IMG/VR virus record: IMGVR_UViG_3300028844_003294
Coordinates: 8,153 to 72,152 of that record
Reading direction: 5' to 3' (one strand)
Length of the DNA: 64,000 bases
Source of the DNA: a virus
The position numbers were made by a program, and so were the translations under genes. Below the pieces are notes generated by a model, which did no database searches, had not been told where the DNA came from, and was given only the letters and a program-made list of their open reading frames with translations. The first letter of the stretch is position 1. Each line of letters begins with the position of its first letter. This document shows, piece after piece, positions 9,623 through 22,700 of the stretch.

Positions 9623-10669
9623 TTATAGTTCGTTTGTTGTTGCTGTAGTTGGTGCAGATATAACAACACCGTTATTTGCACGTTTAGTTTGGATAGTACT
9701 TGATATTGTACCGTCTACACTATCAACGTATCCAACACTATCGTCACTGTTACCGTCAACCCCGTCAGGACCAAGACCATCACCTAATGCGTGGTCATCT
9801 CTCATTGTAACTGTGAAAGTTAGCACTGTTGGGTTAGTTGTGCTGTTCACTTTCCCTTCTATTCTATAATAGTTACTTGCATACGCACCTGAACCATACT
9901 TAATATATAGTTGCTGATTACTTGTGGACAATTCATAAAAACCTTTACCTGCACTTGTTCCTGTTGAACCTGAGCTTGTTAAGTTGTTTAAGTTAAATGT
10001 CAATGTTCCCATTGCACTTAATAGTGATGTCCAGTTTGCATTCTGGGAACCAATTGTTCCTGCGGTACTACCTGATGTACCACCACTTCTTGCACCTGTG
10101 AATAATACTTCTCCACCTGCATTAAAGAATGCTCTACAGTGTGCTTCACTACTGAATGTCATTGTAAATATATGATCTATTGCAGGAGTACCTGAACTAC
10201 CCCAAGCACTTGTTCTTGTACTTGTATCTGCGGCATCTGTTGTTAAACTTCCTGAAGGAACACTAAGTCTTGCATCATATACATCTTTGACATCATCCAT
10301 TAAGTTACTCCAGTCAGTTGCTGTGATACTACCACCTGCAACTTCGTCTGAACTACTTGAACTATTTAATGAATGGCCTAAGAATGTCGCTAAAGCCTGT
10401 ACTTCGTCCTGTAAGTTTTTGTAACCGTTATCAGTGCTACTTGCTCTTACAAGTTCTCCTGTTGCGGCATCTAAACTACCGATTGATTGGTTGTAGCCAT
10501 ATATGCTACCTGCACTATATGTTCCTATTGTGTGGTCTGCTGGTGTGCCTAATTGACGATAGACATTGTTTTTCATGTTATCGTAATCTGCGTTACCTAT
10601 AACATCTCCGGCAACAACCTGTGTCATTGTATATCCGCCTGTTACTGATAATGTACTTCCGCTAGCCAT
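9623..10669 (-). CDS. Virion structural protein (tail/fibre associated)
   Basis: Ser/Thr/Gly-rich; F.S...RAFFNAGGEV motif; own GATAAATA at 10692-10699, GGAG RBS and a terminator. Confidence 0.7.
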   Translation of the reverse strand: MASGSTLSVTGGYTMTQVVAGDVIGNADYDNMKNNVYRQLGTPADHTIGTYSAGSIYGYNQSIGSLDAATGELVRASSTDNGYKNLQDEVQALATFLGHSLNSSSSSDEVAGGSITATDWSNLMDDVKDVYDARLSVPSGSLTTDAADTSTRTSAWGSSGTPAIDHIFTMTFSSEAHCRAFFNAGGEVLFTGARSGGTSGSTAGTIGSQNANWTSLLSAMGTLTFNLNNLTSSGSTGTSAGKGFYELSTSNQQLYIKYGSGAYASNYYRIEGKVNSTTNPTVLTFTVTMRDDHALGDGLGPDGVDGNSDDSVGYVDSVDGTISSTIQTKRANNGVVISAPTTATTNEL

Positions 10670-10698
10670 ATTGTCTCCTACGTATTACTTATATTTAT

Positions 10699-13083
10699 CT
10701 ATTTAATTCCTATTACGGCTTCAACGGTACCCATACCGCCGTCTTCTTTATCTTCGAGACTTCTACCAATAATAGATCTTGCATCGTAATTGTCTGAACC
10801 TAAAGCCCAAGCATATCCAGGCTCATCACTTGAAATAAGTCTTTCACCTTTCTTAACTTTGCCAATTACTTTAACAGGACATCTTCCTGCTAGTGCTACT
10901 GGTACACCTTCTGCTTCGCTGTTCATTAAATAAGCAGGAGCAGTAGATACTACACCAAACACATCTCTATCTGCATGTGTTGTGGTTTGGGTTACCTCTG
11001 CATCTCCACCAATCTTAACGATTGTGCCTGCTTCATATTCTGAGTCTGAGGAATATATCTCAGCCAAGTCAGCATATTGAGCCTGTGTTGCTGTACCATT
11101 AAAAGTTGTTGCGTAAACGGTATTCCATTTGCTACCACTTGCGCCTAAATTTAAATTATTGTTTGTTGCTGGTAATATTTCACCAAATGAACCACCTGAT
11201 ATTTTGCCACTTGCTGTTACGTTAGTTGCACCTGTAATAGCACCACTACTTGCAGTTAAAGTACCGTCAGTTAAACTTCCACCAGTTACTGCTCCTGAGA
11301 ACGTACCAGTAGTTGCTCCACTTAATGCACCTGAACTTAAAGTTGCTGTACCATCTGTAAATGAACCACCTGATATTTGGCCACTTGCTGTAACACTACC
11401 TGTATCAACTGTTGATGCGTAAACAGTATTCCATCTGTTACCACCTGCACCAATGTTATAATTGTTGTTTGAAACTGAACTTATATTACCTGCTGTTACT
11501 GTACCACTAGTTGTTGTAAATGTTCCGTCTGATACTGTACCACCTGATACTGTACCACTGAATGATCCAGTTGTACCACTAATAGTACCACTAAATGATG
11601 CACCAACACCGGCTGTAATACTACCACCGGTAATAGTCAATGTGCCATCAGTTAAACCACTGCTATGTGTTGTTTCAGCACTAAACGTTTTAGAACCTGC
11701 AATACTTTGTGTACCACTTGTTCTAACTACTGTACTGTCAACTGCAACTGTTTTAGGTGCTGACCCATCGTAAGTAAATGTATCTATACCATCACCATCT
11801 GTGATAGCATTTGCAAGTGCAATGTTTTGCAAAGTACCTGTACTTGCATCAAATATTACTACACCACTGGTGTCTTTAATATCAAGTCCACGCATACCAG
11901 TTGAATCAATTCTCTGGTTAGCACCATTATCAATAATTACATTTGAACTGAATACTTGTTCTAGTGGATTAGTGTTACTACCGAGGCTTTCTACACTACC
12001 TAGACTAAAACCTGCAAGGTTGCCACCTAAAACAATATCTTCAACATATAATGTTGTTACTGGTAAAGCATTTGAACCTAGTGTTAGGTGTGCATTACCA
12101 TCAACTGGTAAAACACTGTGAACAATGTTAGATGTTGATGTTGGATCACCAAATACAATGTCACTACCTAGATATAAGTTATTAAATCTGTTTGAAGTAT
12201 TACCTAAGTCAACATCATCTGTTGAACTTGGTATAATATCTGTACTTCCTGTGTGGTATACGTTTGCGGCTGTTACATTAGAACCACCAATTAAAAGTGA
12301 GTTGGCTGTATCTGCCCAGTATGCCACGTTTGCTAATGGTACTGCTGTTTCTGAATATGCTTGTCTTAAGTTAAGACCTTTTCTAATTGTTAAACCAATA
12401 CCATCGCTATCGTTAAATTCTGCTGTTAAATCTCTTGTGCTAACGCCATCAATGTCTGTGTTCTGTAATGATGTATTACTCAATGTAAATGAGTAATCAC
12501 TGAATACAGCCATTATAGTTTCATTTTCTGTATAACCTGTATCAGTACCATCGTTTACATAAACGAATGCCAATACAGCACGTTTAACACCTAAGTTATC
12601 TTCTAAATAAACTGTTCTTGTTCTAGTACCATAATTCGAACCACCCTTAGATGCTGAATACTTACTAGATACTGTTCCTGGATAAGATGTTTCTTTCCAG
12701 TTTGATCCATCAAAAATTCTTAACTTGTTGTCAGTTGTGTTAAAGTATTGAGTTGCAGATGCAACATCGGTTGATGGTTGAGAAGAACTAATTAGAGGAG
12801 TTAGTCTTGCCCATACCAAAGTACCGTCTTCATCTTTGTACACTCTCATGGTATTGTCACCTGTACTATACCAAAGTTGTCCTTCTAAACCGGTTTTACC
12901 TCTTGCTACTGGAGATGTAGAACTTGCAAAGTTCTCCAACATCCATAATGTATTTTCTACGAAAAACTGTCCATACCCTGAAACGTTTCTACCAACAAGT
13001 GCTACACCATACTTAGTGTTTACTTCACCGGTAGCAACTGTAATAGTTGTATTTAGGTCAGTTGTTTTAACTGAATAAGTCAT
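10699..13083 (-). CDS. Tail fibre protein with C-terminal intramolecular chaperone/peptidase G2-like domain
   Basis: N-terminal LVGRNVSGYG...EN...MLENFAS...GQLWY head; Gly/Thr/Ser repeats; C-terminal YADLAEIY...GVVSTAPAYLMN...PVALAGRCPVKVIG. Confidence 0.85.
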   Translation of the reverse strand: MTYSVKTTDLNTTITVATGEVNTKYGVALVGRNVSGYGQFFVENTLWMLENFASSTSPVARGKTGLEGQLWYSTGDNTMRVYKDEDGTLVWARLTPLISSSQPSTDVASATQYFNTTDNKLRIFDGSNWKETSYPGTVSSKYSASKGGSNYGTRTRTVYLEDNLGVKRAVLAFVYVNDGTDTGYTENETIMAVFSDYSFTLSNTSLQNTDIDGVSTRDLTAEFNDSDGIGLTIRKGLNLRQAYSETAVPLANVAYWADTANSLLIGGSNVTAANVYHTGSTDIIPSSTDDVDLGNTSNRFNNLYLGSDIVFGDPTSTSNIVHSVLPVDGNAHLTLGSNALPVTTLYVEDIVLGGNLAGFSLGSVESLGSNTNPLEQVFSSNVIIDNGANQRIDSTGMRGLDIKDTSGVVIFDASTGTLQNIALANAITDGDGIDTFTYDGSAPKTVAVDSTVVRTSGTQSIAGSKTFSAETTHSSGLTDGTLTITGGSITAGVGASFSGTISGTTGSFSGTVSGGTVSDGTFTTTSGTVTAGNISSVSNNNYNIGAGGNRWNTVYASTVDTGSVTASGQISGGSFTDGTATLSSGALSGATTGTFSGAVTGGSLTDGTLTASSGAITGATNVTASGKISGGSFGEILPATNNNLNLGASGSKWNTVYATTFNGTATQAQYADLAEIYSSDSEYEAGTIVKIGGDAEVTQTTTHADRDVFGVVSTAPAYLMNSEAEGVPVALAGRCPVKVIGKVKKGERLISSDEPGYAWALGSDNYDARSIIGRSLEDKEDGGMGTVEAVIGIK

Positions 13084-13095
13084 TTACCATTTCCT

Positions 13096-13713
13096 CTAAT
13101 TTAATTGTATCCTGACAGTATAAACAATTTCTATTTCTCTATTTTTACTTTTTTGAACTGGGTGAAACACCACATGCGTAAGCATAATACTGTCATTTAT
13201 GTCATTCGCAAAGGATAATAATCCCAATTCATCGAAAACGTACAAACCATCGTTTGTGGTACTTGTATCAAATGCATCAGCATCACTAGGTTCGTTGTAA
13301 CCTAATGTACAAGTAATCTTTAAGTCTGTGTAACTGGCACCAGGAATAACTTCAATTTTATCTGTTTCAGTACTGTTACTAATAACTTTTTGATATGTTC
13401 TACTATATAAAGAACCACTCGATTCGTAACTTTCGCTAACTCTTGGCGACTTGTAAATTACTTTACCTGCTGAATCAACACTAGTTGCACCATTACCAAA
13501 TGCCATAAAGTGAATGTAACTATCACCTAGTTTGTCATTTAATGCTTTAGCAATAAAGTTTGCCATATTACCGTAGTGAATAGCATTCCTTTTGTTTACT
13601 AATTCTTCCCCTGATTCTTTATCACGTATTAAAATATGCCCTGATACTTTTATACCCATTTGATCATCTGCAGGTTTTTGAGTTTCTTTTTTATTTTTAC
13701 TTAAATCGCTCAT
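13096..13713 (-). CDS. Baseplate/tail structural protein
   Basis: GHILIRD...KRNAIHYGN...YVFDELGL...THVVFHPVQKS.NR.IEIVYTVRI; start inferred at ATG 13713, downstream of the promoter motif. Confidence 0.7.
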   Translation of the reverse strand: MSDLSKNKKETQKPADDQMGIKVSGHILIRDKESGEELVNKRNAIHYGNMANFIAKALNDKLGDSYIHFMAFGNGATSVDSAGKVIYKSPRVSESYESSGSLYSRTYQKVISNSTETDKIEVIPGASYTDLKITCTLGYNEPSDADAFDTSTTNDGLYVFDELGLLSFANDINDSIMLTHVVFHPVQKSKNREIEIVYTVRIQLN

Positions 13714-13718
13714 GCTGT

Positions 13719-13750
13719 TATTTATCACTTTTTGTTAAAAATAGTTTTAA
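13719..13750 (-). promoter_or_regulatory. Late promoter GATAAATA plus upstream palindrome TTAAAAATAGTTTTAA
   Basis: Motif at 13719-13726 and near-palindrome at 13735-13750. Confidence 0.6.
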
Positions 13751-16700
13751 TTATACGTTTTGTATAAATCCTATAATTGTGTCCGTTGTTGGACTGTTTG
13801 TGGTATCCGTTATACTTACACCATCTTGCCCCAACCAGTTTGCTATTTGTGGATCACGTGCGCCTTGCAATGCAATATTTTGTGACTCTTCGCCGTTAAA
13901 TATTTGTGCGCCACTTTCTATCAATGGTTGTGCTGTTGTTCCTCTTGTTCCTCTTACAACACCTAATAACTTATTATTTGCAGTATCAACACCTGTATAT
14001 TCTATTCTTTCTGCACCAATCCAAATAATACCTTTATTAGACTCGTTTCCATCTGGTAGTACTGAAACATCTGCTACACTTATCTCATTTTCCCAAATGT
14101 TTACATTTGCACTAACTGTTGTAAGTCCTGTTAAAGTTTGTCTATAAAAATCTGTTTTACCAAATAAATCCATAAACATTCTATATCTTATTGATTTAGA
14201 AGTTGATACACCTGGTAAAGTTTCAATATCTGCATTTGATGTATGTACATTTATTACCAATGTTTCTAGTGGTTGTACTACTGCAAGTTCTTCTGGTCTA
14301 TCAGGACCATGTCTTGATTTTAAGAATGTTACAGCATCAAAACCGTATACAGTTTCGTTATCAACTCTGTAATTTACATTACCTTGTGTTTCTTCATTTA
14401 ATATTCCAATAAAGTTTTCAACGTCTACTTCTCTGTCCCAAACTTCGCTATCCCATGAATAAAAATCAAATCCTCTTGTATTTGTGTAATAAGTGGTTGG
14501 ATGTGTTCCAGGAACTATATCAGTAAACACACTTGCATCTAATTGTCTACCTTGGAAGTCACCGCCTATCTTAGTTTTTACAAGAGAGAATGTGTTATCT
14601 AAATTACCAGAATCAACCATGCTAGTAATTGTGTTTACATTTGTCATTACAGTTGCATTTGTAAGTACACCTTCTCCAAATGTTGATTCCATATCATGTG
14701 TAAACTGTGAAATAATTTCTGGATCAAACTTAAACAGTCTATCACTTGCTGTCCAACTTAATTGTGTATTACTAATATTTGCATTGCTGTTTTGCATAAT
14801 GCTTACAATATTTTTTGCAATACTGACATTTATTGTTTCTTTAGTTGGGTCAAAACCATCTATTACACTAACTTCTATAACATCACCTGCACTTACTGTT
14901 TGGAATTCTGAATTACCTGTCTTGTTTAATACTATAACATTGTTTGCACTATCAAACGTGTAGTTAGTTGTTGAAATATTACCACCGGGTGATGTTATTA
15001 TATTACCATCCGGTGCAATTCCAATACTTGAATTTAAGTTAGTTGAGATAGTAGGAACAACTTCATCATTTCTTTTAACTACAATTCTATCTGCTTCAGA
15101 AGGTACGAAGTTAAGTGACAACGCATCAATATCTGTTGACGCCACAAATGTTTGTGTTTGCATACCGCTTGAGTTTTCAAATAGGTCTGCTTTTACTCTA
15201 TCAAATACAATCTTAGTATCTACACTTCTAATTGGTGCATTACTGCTTACAAATCCTGCATAAGTTGAATCTGTTGCTAAAATATTTGCATCAGCACTTA
15301 CACTATCATCAAGTACTCGAACATCTATTGTTTCGCTATCAAAATAAGGAGGTCTATCAAAGTCTGTGCTTGTTCCACTTACTATTTCTGTTGCAGGTTT
15401 TTTAATATCACTGTAGTTTTGTATCTTACTGCTGTACGGTTTTACTTCGTTAAAGTAATCAATTGCTTTATCAAAGTTATCAACTTTAAATCCTTTTAGT
15501 GGAACTAGGTCTGTTTCTTCTTTAACAATATTTAGATAAGTTGTTTTGAATGCCCAGTTTAATTCTGTTTGTTCTGAATATGCATACTTGACCATATCAA
15601 AAAAGAATCTATTCCAATATACTCTACTACTACCAACAAACACGTTGTTATATAATGCTAATAGTACGCTTCTAATTTCTTCTGCAATAGGATTAGACTG
15701 TTGCTCTTTGTAAACTTTTTCGTTCCATTCAACTGTCTCATCTTCTATAGCGATCAACTTAAATGTATCTGTTGACTTACTGTATTCGTAAAGTGAATAC
15801 TTGCTGTTTGAGTTACTTTGTACTTGTATAACTGATCTATCTAGAACATTTTTTAATAATTCTAGTTGTTTTGTAGTGGCTACTTTTCTTAAAGGTTTGT
15901 AATCACTATTATAATAAATTTTAGAGTTAGTAACTTTGTCTGTTCTTAGTTCTTCAAACCAGTTTACTGTGTCTAAATAATTTAATGTTGTAGGTAAACT
16001 ATTTCTCCAGTCATCAAAAGTTGAATCCATTTTTAATTCTTTAAATATAGAATTCAAAGAATTAAACATTTGCTTTCTTGCTTCTTTGATATATTTAAAC
16101 ATGGTTTGTCTAGGTCTATAAGATGAACCATAACGTTCGGCTTCACTTAAACCTTTAGCCGGAACATCTTCGCCCAACCCATTTATACCTGCTAAACTAT
16201 CAATAAGTTTTACACTTAATTCACTAGGTATGCTACTGTTCTTATCACCTTCACTTGCTAATTGCCATGAAGTATGTTGTTGTGAATGCTTTTCAGGGCG
16301 TCTAGTATAATTTAAACTCAAAATACTATTTTCAGTTTTAATTAAATCGCCTAGCATGTTTATACCCATTGCTTCTGGAGATACCATAGCAAAGTATGGT
16401 AATCGTTGTCCTTCAGGATTACTTAATAGGTTTACAAGTTCAACTGTGCTTCTTTCTCTACCATAATGTGCAAATGCCTTAGCATCAACCGTGGTCTTAC
16501 CTTCAACCCAGAAGTAATAGTAGTCTGTTAGTTTACCTTTATCATTTGCTCTAGTTTCTAATATAAAGTTAGGTGCTGAACCATCACTGGGTGTAAGTGC
16601 TTGAACACCATTACTGATGTTTTGTAAATTAAATTCTTCTGGTGTTAGTAAACTTTCTATCCATTCAACAATCTCAATCTTACTATTGGGGAACATGCTA

Positions 16701-19700
16701 CCCCAATTTCTTATTCTTTCTTCGTTATTATATCCGTATATATCATATGTACCAGCACCTTGCTCGTACCATTCGTATTTAACTTTGCTGGTATTCCACC
16801 ATGTGGCACCAACTTGTTCTTTACCAAATTTGGTATATGCAGGATTATATACCACAGGGTCGTTTTCAGACTTGAATATTATTTCTTTATCAATAAACCC
16901 AGGTATAATTCCTTTAAATGGATCATATAAATTTAACTCAAATTCTTTTTGTGCGGTATCTTCGTCATATGTGAATACATCTTTAACAAATTTAATATCT
17001 GCTAATTTTTCCTGTTGTCTAATAACTGTATTGCTTTCCAAGTATGCCCAGCCACCTGTTGTTCCGTAACTGTCAATCCATGCATTACTAATATTTGCTA
17101 AATCTAATCCTGACTCAGTATCATGTCTCATGCTTTCTAATACTAATGGTTTAACATATTGTCTATCAACATCATCACGTGTAAATTGTATAGCATCGCC
17201 AGTGATTGTAGTAATATCGTATTTAAACATATCTTGAGACTGTGTTATGTTACCCAAGTTCATATTAAAGTTCCAACCATTTTGCCATGGTTTGTTTCTT
17301 ACGCCTCTTCCGGCTGCTCCATTAAATGGAAAACCATCAGCCATTTGTTGTACTGAAATTGCTGGGTTTACACCGGAACCATCGTTGTTTGTAACTTCAA
17401 TTCCTGGTCCACAATAATATGTTCCTGGTAAAACACCTAGGATGTCTAGCAAACCTGGATTTAAATTATCATCAATTTCGATGCCCATTAGTGTTGGAGA
17501 ACTTAATACTAACTCACCAATCATTGCACCATTAGGTACACCACCTCTACCTAAACCACTATTACCGAGACCATCATCACCTAAGTTAGCATCACTTGGA
17601 ATAATATTACCATCAGCATCTCTGTATACAACATCAGCCGCAAATAGAGGATTACCATTCTCATCTAATTCAGAGAATAAAGAAATATCATCTGCTAATT
17701 GTTGTTCAGGAGTTGTTGCATAAATTACTCCATTTGGTAAACCTAAGTCTGTTAAAGCATTACCTTTCTCTGAGCAACTTGGAATTTCTCTTGCTGTTAA
17801 GAATATTCTAGCACCAAATCCTGCGCCTTTGTTAGCGGCGTCTCCGTATGCATTATCTATATGACCACTGCTACCAAGTATCTCACTATCTGGAGTTCCT
17901 GATTGTGGTCGTTTAATATCATACTCTAATGGTACACCACTATCCAAATCACTTGGGAATATTTTATATATACCTCTAGTGATAATTTGTATATCTGTAA
18001 TTTCACCATCTGGCCCAACGCCGTTTACAACAAATCTTGCAGGTTTTTCTACTGCTGGGTGTTCTACTTTAGTTTTTGCTGATACACTTGCATTTCTACC
18101 GGTACCAATTATTGTAATTGTTGGAGGATTATCCATGCTATAACCATCTCCTCCGGAGGCCAATGGAATTTTTGTAATTGCACCAGAACCATCAACTTCG
18201 ATGCCACTATAATCAACTAGTGCGCCTGTTCCAGGTTCACCGGTTTGTCCAATTACAACTCGTATGCTGTCTTTAACATACCCAAATCCGCCATTGTTTA
18301 CTGTTATTGATTGTAATTCACTAGACGGTAATCCAACTACAGGTGTACCGCCCATAACTCTCAGTACATCACCTACAGCATATCCACTGCCTTTAGTTAA
18401 GCAAATACTTTGCTTATCATTGTTAGCCAATCTTTCTTCTGGTGTAATTGTGTCAGTAGTAAATGATGCCACACTAGTACCAACAATAGTAGCATTGCCA
18501 CTACCACTTGCTGTATTTGTAAGTGTTGTTGGTCCTTGCACAACTTCTTTGTTGAAACACATTTGTTGATCTTTTTGTAATGTGTAATCTAATACTTCTT
18601 TGTACACACCACCAGCACAACCATTTCTAACTACCATTGGGTCTGCGGTTTTGTTTCTAATGGTCAAACATTTATCGCCTAATCCATCTGGTGTTACATG
18701 TACTGTTACTGATGTTACTTGACTTCTAATTTCGTTTGCTATTGCATCTATACTGGTAGCACCGCTTAGTGTTACTGATGTGCCATTTATATAAAATGTA
18801 TCACCTTGCCCTACTGATTTAGTTTGTCCACAAACTTTAATTCTAGGTTTAGGTGTACAAACCGGTATCTGACTTGTATTTGTAGTACCACCTGTAGGAG
18901 TATGTCCTGTTAGTCCAATATGATTTGTATTACCTTGTCCTTGGTTTCCTGGGTTGGTATTAGTAAGTTGTGCTTGTGGACCACTAATCAGTGTACCACT
19001 CCAAGCATTACCATTTATATCTACCCAACCCAATGTTGGGCTCCATCCAGCCGTGTTTGCATTATATGAAGGATAACCATTAGTTAGTCCTGCTTGATAC
19101 TGAGTATTATAACTGAAAGTACCGGCACCTATACCTGCGATGTTTACGCCACTAAAGTTAAAGGTAGTGTTGACTCCGTTAAAACCTGAACCATAACCAC
19201 CACCAATTTGTAAACCACCTGGTGGGATAAAGCCATTGCCCCAAGGACCGGCTCCGTTTGCTATTACACCTGGATTTGCATTGTTACTAGGATTACCTAC
19301 ACTAGCCACACTACCTTGTAAAGGTACCCCATCGTCTGATGGATATTCTATTGCAAAATTGTATGCAGTACTTGTACTGCCATCTTTTTCTAATTTGATT
19401 GTTATGTATTGTCCGTTAGCAGGATAATATGTAAAACTTAACTTACCATTTTCTTTCACAAAGCCGTTGCCGTGTGTGGTATAATCTTGTATACCACCAC
19501 TAAATTGAGTGTTATTTGAACCAGTTCGTATTCTATTATACTCTGTTTTATCTGTATCAGTTAGTTGGCTTAATGTACCTGCTACACCTGTGCCTGCAAG
19601 AGTTCTACCTGTACTACCTGCTGTTGTGCCTTGATAAACAGTCATTTTGTCTTTAGCACTATACATGTCGAATAATATTTTAATAGGCCATCCTGCACCG

Positions 19701-22700
19701 TTGTTATCATCAGTAGCAAATTTAAATCTAGTTGTCTCTGTTACACCCCTACCTTTTGTGTTACTAATAAATTGTGTGACCATTTTTACAGGTGGTACCG
19801 GTGGCGTAGGTGGTACCGGTGGCGGAGGTGGACAAGGTGTATCATTTTGAGTAATATCTATGATAGGACTAAAATCAGCAAATGATGTACCATTAGTACC
19901 TGCTGACGCATAGTTACCACTACTACCTGGTGCCTGTATTGTATTGACTACAGTAGTAGGCGGCGGAGGCGGATTATAAGTTGGTGACTGGGTCGGTGGT
20001 GTAGATGATCCTCCTCCGAATGTTAGTCCACCACCACTTAGCGGAACCGGAACCGGTGCGGATGGTCCTGAAGTAGTAACATTACCCGAGTTACCAGGAT
20101 TTGGATCTACGAAACTATGCTGACCACCATTTAGTACTCTTTGAGCTAATCCGGCATAGTTATAACTATTTCTTAATGTATGTTGTTTACCTTGCAGTTT
20201 TGGATTTATTGTTCCTGCAGGTACTTGACCTAATCCAGCAAAATTTTGTAATCCGGTTCGATTGGCGGCATTCAATGCCGCGGCTCTTGCCGCCGCCTTT
20301 AGTGCTGGTGTTATAAAAGGAATACTAATTTGTATAGAGCCACAAAATGCTACTGCACCTTGTTTAATTTGTAATTGATAATTTATATCATCAACATACT
20401 GTTGTGAAGAATACATTGGGAAAGCAGTTGCAACTGGCATTCCATTTATGAAAATCTTACCTTTATGTGTTGAGGACAGGTACGCATTTCCTTCTGGGTT
20501 GCCTACTGTGAGTTGTGCAGAATTACCATATTCTAAATATTGTTTTTCTGAGACTGCATTAGCACTAAATGTTATACTGTTATTTGCACTACTGTCAGCA
20601 TTGCCGTCTAATATTACAGTTGTGCCATCTACAGAAACTACTTTAGTTCCTGAAGCAACATCTCCACCAGACACCGAAACAAATTTTTGTACAAAATCGT
20701 TTTCACTAGCAATCACAATAGAGTTGCCTGTTCCAGTAAAGGTTGTTGTATATGTTACAGGTACTGGATGATCGTATCCGTATCCTTGTACTAATAATGT
20801 ATTTGCAGTAGGAACACCTTTTGCTCTCCAGGCCCAGTTATAGTATCCAGGCTCTGCATAACCAATGTTTACTACATGCTCGAGTATTGTATCTTGTCCT
20901 GCAGAATCTATTGTTAAATCATGATCTTCTGTAAATGTTACTGTTACATAATTGTCTACAAGTGTTGCATTACCAAATCTATCTTCTGTGAATGTAATTG
21001 AAGAATTTGCACTACTATCAGCATTAGAAGATAATATAATATTTCCTCCTGCATCTATGTATAGTACTTTACAATTTGCCGCAACATTACCACCAGTTAC
21101 CAACATACCATCTGTAATTGAACTGTTTGCTGTTGCTAATTGAATGTTAGCAGTATCTACACCTGTAAAAGTGCTTGTAATACTTAGAGGTGCAACATAA
21201 TCGCCTGGTATAGAAATAGTGTTAGCAACACCATTTACTGTGATATCTTTGATTCTATGTACACCTTCGAACAGTCCAGCATTTTGTATTTTAACATCAT
21301 CACCACGTGTTAGTGTTGTTGTATCAAAATCAGTTGTAACTATTAAACCGTCTGTTTTACCTATTGTTAAATTTGCAGTTGATACATTACTACTTACTGT
21401 GGCATCTTCAATTGTAAATGTTGTTGTTGAAGATTCTGTTGTTGTGTATATTACACTTTGGCTTACAAATGTAATATTAGCACCACTTGATATGTTTGCA
21501 TTTTGTGAAAGTGTAATTGTTGTACCAGATATTTGATTGACCTTGGTATTATTTTCTACACCAGTTCCAAGTACTGACATTCCATTTCTAATGTCTGTGT
21601 TAGCCTCAAGTAATGTTACTGTTTTACTATTAGTTACAGTACCCGATACTTCAGAAATAACTGGTACACTAGTATTTGCTGTACTTGACTGTGTTCCGTT
21701 AGTTGTAAATGCAGTAACATTTAGGTTGCTTATCTCGTAATTATTTCCGTTTAAGTTGCCACCTGAAGTATCAACAAAGTTTACATATGAACCATTTGTT
21801 AGTCCAGAAAATTGATTACTAAATGAAACTGTGCCATCTACAGTTTCCTGTGTTGTTACTATCGAAATTTCAACAATGTTATTACCTACTATGTTTGCGT
21901 TTGCAACAATACCTTCATTGAATAAAGCATGTGGCTGAATATTTAAAACATTACCACTAACATTAGGTTCTATTTTTTCTATACCAAGCACCATAGGTCT
22001 TGTGTAAGTGATATCTGTAACATCAAAAGAGTTTTTAACAACTTGCTCTTCGTTAAAGAATAATCCAACCGGTGTAGTCAGATCCATTATTGTATCGTCA
22101 AAGATTTTTTCACCGTCAGCATAACTCATTTTATCGTAGTATGCATTATAAATATTTTTATCACGTTTAAATGCAACAACATTATCATAGTATTTGTTTA
22201 TGTTGTTTGCAGTATTTTCTCTGTTTCCATCTGTAAATTGCATTAAACTTTTGTTTGTAAAAAGTGATATAGATTGACTGTTTAAGTCGCCTTCCACGTA
22301 TGCAACATTACAATTAGTATCAACTAGTTGATAAGCATTAAAATCGCTATGCTCATCGATAGCGAAATGTATTAAATCATTTGCTTGTGGAATTTTACTT
22401 GCTTTTCTAGTTGCTCTATCGAATAATTGTTCAAAGTTTTGCAAGTCCATTGCCTGATAATTTACATTGTATTTTGAAATATATCCTGCATTAGGTAATG
22501 GTGTATACTTACTGTCTACTATACCTAAGTGGCTTACACTAGACGTTGTTGGCCATAAGTCGTTAGTTGCCATATCAGTTGGTCTATGTATCATTCTAGT
22601 ACCATCGTCAACGTCTATTAAAATTGTTGAATCTGTTTTAACATCTGGTGTAATTTCAAATGTTCTTATTTGCTTTAGTTTGGCCGCTAAGGCGTCATTT

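Noticed and set aside
10699-13083. Diversity-generating retroelement or invertase switching of tail fibres
   Set aside because: No reverse transcriptase, recombinase or TR/VR repeat pair is visible in the window.
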